IMG/VR virus record: IMGVR_UViG_2061766007_000025
Length of the DNA stretch: 64,000 nucleotides
From: an uncultured virus (IMG/VR IMGVR_UViG_2061766007_000025)
Lineage: Duplodnaviria > Heunggongvirae > Uroviricota > Caudoviricetes
Strand: one strand, 5' to 3'
How positions within the stretch are numbered: position 1 is the stretch's first letter; every line of letters starts with the position of its first letter. The notes under the pieces were generated by a model, which saw only the letters and a program-made list of their open reading frames with translations, was not told the origin of the DNA and did no database searches. Made by a program: the position numbers and the translations under genes. Of the stretch, positions 50,035 to 60,000 are shown piece by piece.

Positions 50035-51528
50035 ATGAGAATGCATGAACGCTTAGAGCAGAGTAAATCACTCCGCGAAAATAAAGCTAAAAGAGAAGAA
50101 GCTAGAAATAGCAAGATTCAAGCAATGGTTGAACAGAAACAGAAGTTTGTAAATGAATATTATGATCTTCTTGATAACAGAGAAACAAAAGAAAGAGCTC
50201 ATGGTAAGATCATGAATGAAGCAAGAGATGCTAACTTTGCTACATGTCTTAAAGCCATTTATGTTACAGCTATGCAGCCAGAAACTCTTACAGATAATGG
50301 TTTAGCTATTGCTGAGAATATGGTTGATAGTTATATCAAAGAAAATGGTGGAGCTCAGAATATTCTTTTAAGAGATAAGAATAAATCTTATCTCTTAGCA
50401 AGAATTCAGAAGATTGTAGAAGATACTTCAGAAGTAGATGTTAAAGAAGTAGAAGACATTGCTGATGATGTAGAATCAGATACAAATGAGACTCCTAGCG
50501 ATACCCCAGCAGAAGAACCAAAGAACCCAGATGAAGAATCTGAAGATCTTGTTGCTAAACTTAATAGCCTCGGATATGATGTTACAATTAAGAAAGTTTC
50601 TACAGTTAAAGATGTTCAGAATAATCCAGATGGATCGCAGACAACAGAAGCTACACCAGATGTACCACAAGCAGAAGTAAGTGATACTGCTTCTGTAGAT
50701 AATCTTCCTACAGATAATAATACTGAAGAAGCTGAAGCTACTCCTGAAGAGCCATCTACAGAGGAAATTCCTACTGAAGAACCAGTTGCTGAAGAGCCTA
50801 CTGAGGAAGAGCCGGTAGAAACTCCTGAAGAGGAACCAACTGCTGAGGTTGACGTTGATGATGAAGCTTTAGCTGCCGCTCAAGGTAATGGCGAAGATAA
50901 CTCTACAGAGGAAGAAGCTCCTGAAGAGCCAGCTGGTGCTGAAGAAGTAGAATCTGATGATGATCTTCCAGATGATATTGAAGAGGAACCAGAAAATCCA
51001 GAGGATAATGAGATTGGTTCTATTAACCATGAAGAAGATAAGAATGGTAATATGTTTGATGAGCTTGATCAGGAAGAAGATGTTCAGAAAGCTATCGAAG
51101 TTATTAGAACTAGAGTAGCAGATGCAGAAGAAGCTTTCATTAAGAAGAATGAAGAGGATAAGAAGAAAATTGAAAACCTTCTTGGAAAGATTTCTGATAA
51201 TGTAAAGACTGTAGAAGCTATAGCTAATGAAGATAATCCTGAAAGTAAAGTAGCTCAGGAATCAGCAATTCTCTATAAGAGAGCAATCAATGATATTACT
51301 GAAAATAGACCTCAGTCAGTATATGAGAAATTTGTTAGAAAGCTTTCTGAAAGTGTAGTTAAAGATGAATCTATCAGAGAATCATATACAGAAGAGAATG
51401 GTCATCTTGATATGTATGCTATCAATGAAGCAGCTAAGGTTATGTATGGTTTCCTTGAAACTTTAAATACTCTTAAACTTGAAAAAGTTGATGCTGCTTA
51501 TATTACAAAGATATTAAATGAATTATAA
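50035..51528 (+). CDS. Acidic, probably virion/prohead-associated protein (497 aa)
   Basis: Late motif AACA-TCATTA-TAAT (49998-50011); E/P/T-rich repeats (EEP). Confidence 0.55.
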   Translation: MRMHERLEQSKSLRENKAKREEARNSKIQAMVEQKQKFVNEYYDLLDNRETKERAHGKIMNEARDANFATCLKAIYVTAMQPETLTDNGLAIAENMVDSYIKENGGAQNILLRDKNKSYLLARIQKIVEDTSEVDVKEVEDIADDVESDTNETPSDTPAEEPKNPDEESEDLVAKLNSLGYDVTIKKVSTVKDVQNNPDGSQTTEATPDVPQAEVSDTASVDNLPTDNNTEEAEATPEEPSTEEIPTEEPVAEEPTEEEPVETPEEEPTAEVDVDDEALAAAQGNGEDNSTEEEAPEEPAGAEEVESDDDLPDDIEEEPENPEDNEIGSINHEEDKNGNMFDELDQEEDVQKAIEVIRTRVADAEEAFIKKNEEDKKKIENLLGKISDNVKTVEAIANEDNPESKVAQESAILYKRAINDITENRPQSVYEKFVRKLSESVVKDESIRESYTEENGHLDMYAINEAAKVMYGFLETLNTLKLEKVDAAYITKILNEL

Positions 51529-51536
51529 AATTAAAA

Positions 51537-51563
51537 CCCCGATAGGATTATCTCCTATCGGGG
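51537..51563. terminator. Bidirectional terminator
   Basis: CCCCGATAGGA-TTATC-TCCTATCGGGG; nearly identical to 38577-38603. Confidence 0.85.
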
Positions 51564-51584
51564 TATTTTATTAGAAACACAAAA

Positions 51585-51956
51585 TCATAGAATGAATTTA
51601 ATAGTAGTTCCTACAAGGAAGTATTCACACGATAGACCACTATCTAATAATTTTTTAATAGAAGATTCATCACTGTACTTAGCAATACTTGGTAAAATAG
51701 TATATAAATATTTATTATAAGCATCTTTAACAATAGAACCAATAATATTCTTATTCTCCATAGTAGCCGATTCATTATTCAATTCAATACCAATATAAAA
51801 TTCTTCAGGTCTAATATCAAAATCATTAATTTGTGACTTATACTTCTTTAATGATTCTTTTATACATTTATCTAGTCCTGGTAGTGAATTATTAATGTAA
51901 TAAGATCTTAAAGCAGATCTTGCATCATAAGTTGATTTTGCAGTTTCCATATACAA
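51585..51956 (-). CDS. Hypothetical protein (123 aa)
   Basis: AGGAGG RBS upstream. Confidence 0.65.
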   Translation of the reverse strand: MYMETAKSTYDARSALRSYYINNSLPGLDKCIKESLKKYKSQINDFDIRPEEFYIGIELNNESATMENKNIIGSIVKDAYNKYLYTILPSIAKYSDESSIKKLLDSGLSCEYFLVGTTIKFIL

Positions 51957-52001
51957 TTATAAGCTCTCCTCCTAGTGATGTAATTTTCATAATATTCCCT
52001 T

Positions 52002-52487
52002 TTATTTGATTTCTTCTAGATGAATCTCTACTCTTGGTTCATCAGAATAATATTTTCTACCATTCATTATAATAATCTGAGAGTCATCATTATATGCTAA
52101 GCCATTAAGAGCATCAAATACAGATTTATATACATTATCCAAATCTGGTTTATGTATATGCTTAATCTTATCTTTTAACATTAATTCTCTCTGTTTCTTA
52201 GTACTAGACTTAGGTATAGGAAAGAATGCTTTAACTTCAGTTTTTATAGGTCCTTCTAGTTTAGTTCCTACTCCAATCTGATTAAAGTATGATTGCTGTA
52301 CTTGTTTTTCATAATTCTTTGTTCTCTTAGGAGTATAAGCATGAGCAAATGAACCACGATTAGTAACTCGTGGTCTTCCTTTACCTATAGGCTCTCCATC
52401 TATTATAATATTCATAGAATGTACTATTAAACTTTCATCAAATAATATAGGGCATATTATGATTCGATCATTTTTAGTTTCCACCAT
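52002..52487 (-). CDS. rusA: RusA-family Holliday junction resolvase
   Basis: GEPIGKGRPR, YTPKRT, KPDLDNVYKSVFDALNGLAYNDDSQI. Confidence 0.9.
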   Translation of the reverse strand: MVETKNDRIIICPILFDESLIVHSMNIIIDGEPIGKGRPRVTNRGSFAHAYTPKRTKNYEKQVQQSYFNQIGVGTKLEGPIKTEVKAFFPIPKSSTKKQRELMLKDKIKHIHKPDLDNVYKSVFDALNGLAYNDDSQIIIMNGRKYYSDEPRVEIHLEEIK

Positions 52488-52548
52488 CTACCCTCCTCTA
52501 TCTAATAATAGATATTATTAAAAAGTGACATATATAGTTAAAAAGTAC

Positions 52549-52577
52549 ATGGAAGGTGCATCATTTGCACCTTCCAT
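52549..52577 (-). terminator. Terminator hairpin
   Basis: ATGGAAGGTGCA-TCATT-TGCACCTTCCAT. Confidence 0.75.
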
Positions 52578-52586
52578 AATAATTGT

Positions 52587-53981
52587 TTAAAATGTTCTAT
52601 ATAACTTTCCAATTACTGAACTTAAGTACTGGCTAGCTCTAGTTGTAAGTGTAGCAGGCGATGTAAGTAAATCTGTTTTAGCAAGATAATAATATAACTT
52701 AACTTTCTTACCAATCTCCATAGCATTTATATTTAATCCTGCCATATTAGCTAAGAAATCCATATAAGAAGTATTTTGAATTACATTTTTTATTTTATCA
52801 CCAAATCCAGACATTGCTAAACTACTATACATATCTTTTATATCAAGAGATATATCAAGTTGTGTAGGTAAACCATCATCATTCCAGCAGCATGTAGCGC
52901 CTTTTGTTACATTAATACCAGTTATAATTCCCATATCTATAGCAAACATGCCTTTACAATATGCTTTTACTAGGAATGGTGATCTGTATCCATTAGGATT
53001 ATCATCTATAAGTCTAGGTAAAGCCATAGCTAATATTTTACAATATGGTTTAATTACATTTAAGAATATACTTAAACTATCATGATCTGGTGAACGTAAT
53101 TTAATATTTAATGAATAAGATTTATCATAACTAGAATCCGACCAAATCTCTGGAAATACTATCTTGCCGCCATTAATAACTGTATTTACACCTTTGTCCA
53201 TCAATGATTCTACTATACCACCACCTAAATTACCCATTGCTTCTGATAATCCTGAACTCATTGAACTTGTAATTTCTGTAGCGCTATCTATAATATTTCC
53301 TATAGCAGAACCCTTTTGCCCAAATAAGAATCTGATTTCATTAGCTTGATCACTGAAACCATTAATCTGTGATGCTAATGATGATTGTGTTGTACTATTT
53401 GAAAAGCTTTCGCTTACTGAATCTAATCCATCAAGGTAAAATACTACATTTTCCATTGCATTGAAATATGTTTTAAGTGAAGAGTTCTTCATTTCATATT
53501 GCCATGGTATATCAGATATCTTTGGATTGCCAGTAAGATATGGAAATGGAATAGTCTCATTTGCTATACCTAAGAAAGATGATACAGCAGATAACATACA
53601 GTTTACATATTCATAGTATTCTTTATATGCAAATCTTACACTATAGTATCTACCTTTTCCTTCTATAAGATCATTAAGGTTGCCATCACTTATAGCACCT
53701 GATATAAGCGCATCTGTTAATATAGATTTATCTTTATCTGTAAAATCATCCATGAATAATGGAGTACATGGAGTAAGAAATAATAAAGGTACTCTAGTAA
53801 TAATCTTTTCTGCATATTTTCTTCCTACTGTAGCATCTTTATCTCTGGTAGTACCTCTTTTTTCATTATCTGAAGTTGTATCTAGTAATCGTCTATCTAC
53901 ACTAGGCAAGAATTGATATGGCATACCTTCTACGCCTTTTAAGTTATCGAATTTTATATTTCTAGTATAAACGGTAGGCAT
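52587..53981 (-). CDS. Virion structural protein (baseplate tail-tube cap/initiator-like)
   Basis: 'FPEIWSDSSY..SY...L.SP', 'SPFLV', 'GLPTQLDISL.I.D' recall gp48/gp54-type proteins; late motif AACA-CTTATA-TAAA (54017-54030). Confidence 0.55.
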   Translation of the reverse strand: MPTVYTRNIKFDNLKGVEGMPYQFLPSVDRRLLDTTSDNEKRGTTRDKDATVGRKYAEKIITRVPLLFLTPCTPLFMDDFTDKDKSILTDALISGAISDGNLNDLIEGKGRYYSVRFAYKEYYEYVNCMLSAVSSFLGIANETIPFPYLTGNPKISDIPWQYEMKNSSLKTYFNAMENVVFYLDGLDSVSESFSNSTTQSSLASQINGFSDQANEIRFLFGQKGSAIGNIIDSATEITSSMSSGLSEAMGNLGGGIVESLMDKGVNTVINGGKIVFPEIWSDSSYDKSYSLNIKLRSPDHDSLSIFLNVIKPYCKILAMALPRLIDDNPNGYRSPFLVKAYCKGMFAIDMGIITGINVTKGATCCWNDDGLPTQLDISLDIKDMYSSLAMSGFGDKIKNVIQNTSYMDFLANMAGLNINAMEIGKKVKLYYYLAKTDLLTSPATLTTRASQYLSSVIGKLYRTF

Positions 53982-54035
53982 ATATTATTCCACCTTTCTA
54001 TAGTTTAACTTTATAATTTATATAAGTGTTTAAAT

Positions 54036-54064
54036 ATGGAGGTGGCCATTAAAACCACCTCCAT
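54036..54064 (-). terminator. Terminator hairpin
   Basis: ATGGAGGTGG...CCACCTCCAT after the 2913-aa gene. Confidence 0.7.
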
Positions 54065-54071
54065 TAATTAT

Positions 54072-57000
54072 TTAACCTTTAGCAAGTGCAGCTAAAGTTC
54101 CAGCAAGTGCTTTAATATTAGAATCTACGTCTTCTGGTACATTCTTCTGTACATCTTGTTTAGTATTAGCTTTCTTGGTAGCAACCTCACCATAAGCAGA
54201 TAATGCTGTATAAATCTTCTCAACCGGAGCAGTATTATTAGCAATAGCTGTAAGAAGTTCTATAATAGCAGTTATAAGCTGCTGTAAGAGATCAGCAGGA
54301 ATAGAACCATTAGATGATACATTTGTAGCTATGTTATTAAGCATAGATGTTGTAGCACCCGTCATAGCTCTATTAAGACTAGATGCTCCACCAGACATAG
54401 CTCTAAGTGAAGGTCTAAGTCTTCTAATTCCAGATCTTCCGCCAGAGAAGTTATCAGCAGATACATAGTTCTTTTTAGTACTAGCAGTTGCTTTAACTTT
54501 CTTAGTATTTTTAGAACTAGTTCCATACTGATTAAGCAATGTTTGATAAGTCTTATAAGTATCCGTATCAGCATATGGATTTCCACTATTATACTTAGCA
54601 ATATCTTTATATCTCATAGACATGATATAATTATGACCATGGGTATTAGCCCAATTTACATAACCAGAAAGATCTTGTTCCTGAGGACCAATTCCACTAC
54701 CATGCCCAATTGTAGTATTTTCACCACTGTATACTTCAACATGCCCTACATTATAATCTCTACCATTAGGCTTATTTGACTTATAAAACATAAGATCGCC
54801 AGGTTCAAGATTAGCAACATTAGGAACAGTACCTGAATCTACAGCAACAAGTTGATTTGACTTAATCTGTGCGCCTGTATATGCACCAGGATCAACATTA
54901 AGACCTTGTTTATATACCCACTGAGCAAATGATGAACAGTCTGAGTATCCTTGACCGACTTTTCCACGAAGAGAACCATCTTGTGAATACTGATCTCTAC
55001 CAATAATAGATCTAGCATACTGTACAAGTTTCTTCTGCATTGGATTGCCTTTGCCCTTAGGAGCATTTCCAAGAGTAATAGGACCAGTAGCTAAGCTTGC
55101 ACCACTGATTGAATCAGCAGATCCACTATTTCCTGAGAGAGCACCAAAGATCTTAGAGAAGATACCTCCAATACTTGATAATAAGTTTGCAAATGTAATC
55201 TTCTCTTCGCCTCCACTAGAAGATGTTGAATCGTTAATAGAAGTAGGTGATATATAGTTTGGATCAAACTTAACATCAGAACCACTATAAAGATTATAGT
55301 ATTCTTTAGCCATCTTAATTCTATTAGCCATATTAGGTTTACCAGCACGTTCAAATCCACCTTCAAATTGTCTGGTAGCCATCTCGACACCAGCTTCAGT
55401 ATTAGGTGATTGCTTCCACTGATCAACTGTAGTAAATGATGCACCAGCAGGAGACATTCTACTACCTTCTCTAAAGTAATAGTTCTGAGCAGGAAGATCT
55501 TTTTCATGTAAGAAAGCAAGCTGTGTATTAAGGTCTGTCCAGTTCTTTCCTCTAGCTTTAGCAAATTGACTAAGTGCTAACCATCTAGACTCCTTAGTAT
55601 TATAGTTCTCCCATTGCGCAATACCAGCAGCAGGACCTTTTCCACCACCCTGAATAATTGCAGGATCAAGATGTGATTCTTGATAGAGGTTACCCATAAG
55701 ACCAGCAATAGCGGCATTAGAATAACCTTGGTTCTTGAAGTAAGCCCATACTTGTCTTGCATTAGAAGTATCATAATTACCAGCACCACCAGCTTGTATA
55801 CCGAGAGATGCTGATTTAAGTATAGCAGGATTATAAAGCATTGTCTTCGAAGATTCTGGATCTTGTACAACAATTCTACCGGATTTATCAAATCCTCTAG
55901 CAAGTACATAATGCTTAGAAGGTCCAAAAGGTGATCTTGCTTTAGAAGTATTTTTAGCATCACTACCAAGAAGAATTACCTGGTGACCTGAAGCTAATTG
56001 ATTAACTATTTCTGGGGCACCCTTTACATAATTGGTCCTAATGCCTCTAGAACCTAAAGCTTCTTTAAAGTAATCAACAGATACACCATCATTATTCTGA
56101 TATTTTTGACTAAGTTTAATAGCATCTTTTACAGGAAGATCTTTACCATAAGCACTAGCAGCCATAGAAGCTACAGCAGGCCCACAACCTTTCTCTCCAA
56201 AGGTACTACCACTCATAGGAATATCTTTATAACGTGTATCATATTGAGATACATGCTCACCTATTCCAGAAGCACCACCACCAGTAACCCAATTCCAAGC
56301 TTGTTTAATTCCACTACCAAAATCGCTAGCAGATTGTTTTACATTTTGGAAAAACTCAGAATTTGTTATTTTCTGTACAAGTTCAGAATTTTTAAACTTA
56401 TCCCAGATATCACCAATCCATCCGAAGAGTTTCTTAAATAATGCACTAATAGTATATCCAATCTTACTTGTAAAGAAGCTAAAGCTATATAAACCTTTCA
56501 TGAAACTATTAAACTCAGGCCCTTGTTCATTCCAGATAGATCCTACATCACCTTCATCAGCATATTTAGCAAGAACTTCACGAGATCCATTTAAAGTTTG
56601 CTGATCTTTTACAATAGGTTCAGATAAAGTTTTTACTCCATCCCAAATCTTATGTCCTAACCAAGACATACTAGCAAGAGGAGTATTGTATACCTTCTGG
56701 AAAGTAGCTATACCTTTCATCATTCCATTTAAAGGATTATCAGGATTATCTTCAGGCTCAAGTTCCCACATACCTGAAATATCTCCTTCAAGAGCTTTCT
56801 TCTTTATTTCTATTTCATTAGTACCTATAGAAATAAATGAATTCTTAATACCAGTACCAACAGCTTTTACTCCATCCCAAATCTTATGTCCTAACCAAGA
56901 AACAGCAGTAAGAGGAGTAGCAAATACAGATTGAACTATATTGATACCCTTCATTATACCATTTAATGGATTATCAGGATTATCTTCAGGTTGACGGCTC

Positions 57001-60000
57001 CATAAGCCTTCTAAATCGCCAGCAGCTGTCATCTTAGCAATTTCTATTTGATTTTGACCTATAGCAATAAATGAATTCTTAATACCAGTACCAAGAGCTT
57101 TTAATCCATCCCAAATCTTATGTCCAAGAAGTGATACTAAGGTAATAGGAGTAAGTAATATCTTCTGTACTGTACATATAGCTTTATTAACGCCAGTTAA
57201 AGGATTATCTTCATCTTCTTCAGGACGTACACCCCATAAGTTAGTAAGATCACCTTTAATAGCCATTTTAAGAAGCTGAGCAGTCTGAGTTGCAAGACCA
57301 ATAGCACCCTGACCAATCTTCGATTCTTTAATGCCAGTAACTACATTACCTACAGCTTGTCCAATCTTAGTTGAGCTTAAAGCACTACCAATACCTTTTT
57401 CTTTAGCATGTGTCATGAAACTCTTAATTCCATGCTTAGCTTTAGATATAATACCAGCATTACCTTTAACTGCAAGATTATATTCTTCGATAGTATATGA
57501 AGTTCCATTAGCTTCGTTATATGCTTCAACTTCTTCAGTTGCTCTTGCTCTTTGATCTGCTAATTCGGATACATCAATACCAATCTTAGGTGCTATTTCC
57601 ATAAAGATATTTACAAGTACCTTATTAGGAATAAGGTTACCAATTACAGGAATCAATGCATTAACTACAGCAATAAGAGTAGCAATTACTCTTTGACCTA
57701 TTGTAGGTTTATCAGTAATTCCAAGGATAGATGCAGCATCACCCCAAGCATTAATACCAACGCCTGCAATATAAACAACCTGAGCAACAGCAAAAGCTGT
57801 TTTTAAACCTTTAGCAATGACATCAAGTTTAGAACTTAAGCCTTTTACAGCATCATCAAGATGATTATAAAGTGTATTAACGATAGTATCAGCATTTGCT
57901 TTAACGCTATCGGGTAAGAAAGGAATTTTAGATAAAATGGCAGGTATTTTATCAAGTAAGCTTTTAATTGTAGCCATTACACCTTTAGCCATAGCTGGGC
58001 TTGTAGCAAGATCTTTAGCTGCTTCTGAAGCTAATTTCTTTGCACCACCTGCTGTTACTACATTCTTTACTCCATTAACTGCTTTCTTAGCAACGAATGA
58101 TGTTACAGATCCACCACCTGTCATTACTCCATTCACTAAGTTTTTCTTTAATAGTGTAGAGAATCTTGTATCTTCACCAGCTGATTGATAATTAGATACT
58201 TGATCTTTAGATATAGTAGATCCATCTATTCCTATATAATTACCATTAGCATCTTTGAGAATATTACCTTTAGCATCAAGCTGTACTTCTCTCTTAGATC
58301 CATCTGATAATGTAACGGTCATAGATCGATTATCATCTAATGTAGAATTACCTTCTGTCTCATTACCTTTTAATGCAGGAATTATCTCTCCAAGTTTCTT
58401 AAAAAGACCATCGAATTTACCAGCAAATCCAGCAGCAAGTAATGCAACACCTAAAGCAGGCCCAGCAATATTAGTAATTAAAGATTTAAGAGTCAAACCT
58501 TCAGATCCGAATAAGAAATTCTTAATCTTATCTAAGAAAGTTTCTTTTTTATCACCTTTTTCATCTTTTTTCTTACCAAATAATCCACCAAACCATCCAC
58601 CAATCTTATTAAATAGACTAGGAAGACCAATAACTGCACCCATGAACCCATTAAGCTTTTCAGTTACATTACTGGTTTCTTTATCAGTATTATCAACATC
58701 AACAGATCCATCACTGTTTTCACGAAGTTCAACTACGCTGTTAGTAAACTGATTATATTCAGTTCTATATTTTGCTTTATCTTCTGCAGAAGAATTAAAT
58801 ATACTCTTCATTCTACCATCAGCAGTAGTAGCAATCTTTTCACCAGTAATCTTAGATACAATCTTAGAAACCATAGTTTCAAGATTTTGTAATGATGCAG
58901 CTTCTGGAGATAATAACTTCCTTGTAGCTCTTTCACTCTTAGCAAGTCCTATAGCAGATACAAGATTATTCTTATTAAGTTTTAAACCTTTTTTATTTAA
59001 TGCTTCAAGAACTCTTTGGCTTTCAGCAGAACCATTACCAGCTCTTTCAAGATCTGCAATAAGCTGGTTCATTTCTTCTTCACTCTGAACTCCTGCTAAA
59101 ATCTGGTCAAATGTACCAAATGTACCACCTAAACCATTTCTACCTCCGATCTCTTTTCTTAATCCAAGTCTCTCTTCAGCAGTAAGATTTCTTCCAGCTC
59201 TTTTATCATAAACATCATAACCTTTTCTAAGATTACCACGTTTAACAGAAGTTCCTATACCTTTAACTAAACCGCCAACTTTATTTACAGCTCCAAAAGT
59301 TAAAGCATTAGCAACTCTACCAGCACCACGAAGTCCTTTACCTAATAATGAATTACCACTAGCTGTCTTCTTTGCAAAGTCTGTAAGCTTTCCAACAGCA
59401 GCAGATAATAATAACTTAGTATCATTAAGAAGTTTTCTACCTACACCTTTTAAAGCATTACCAATATTGGCAAATAATTCAACAAGATGACCAAAAAGTT
59501 TCTCTTGTAATGTAGGAAGTAAACCTTTCTTACTCTTATCATCAGGATCACCAAAGAACCATTTATGGAACTTATCTGTACTTGTAAGAAGTCCAACAGC
59601 AGAACCAATTACAGCTCCGCCAAGAATACCAAACGGACTACCAGTAAGCATACCAATAATTCCACCAATAGCCATATTAGGTGCAGCTTTCTTAACACTC
59701 TTCTGAAGTTCTTTAGATATTAATCCACCTGCACGTCCTGTAGGATTGCCTTTTTCATCTACTTCCATCTTTCCAAATAAGAATTCCTTAGCTGATTCAG
59801 AAGAAGAAATATATCCTACAGTAGATCCAAGAACAGCACCAAGTATAGGTGAACCCATAAACACTCCACCTATAGTACCAACTGCTCCACCTTTAGCCAT
59901 GCTAGGTACATTCTTAGTTAAAAAGTTAGACATATCTTTAGAAATAAGTCCACCTTTTCTACCTATAGGTTTACCATCTTTATCTACTTCCATTTCTCCA

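Noticed and set aside
50470..51010. EEP-rich low-complexity repeats as a non-coding repeat element
   Set aside because: Explained by an acidic disordered linker within the CDS.
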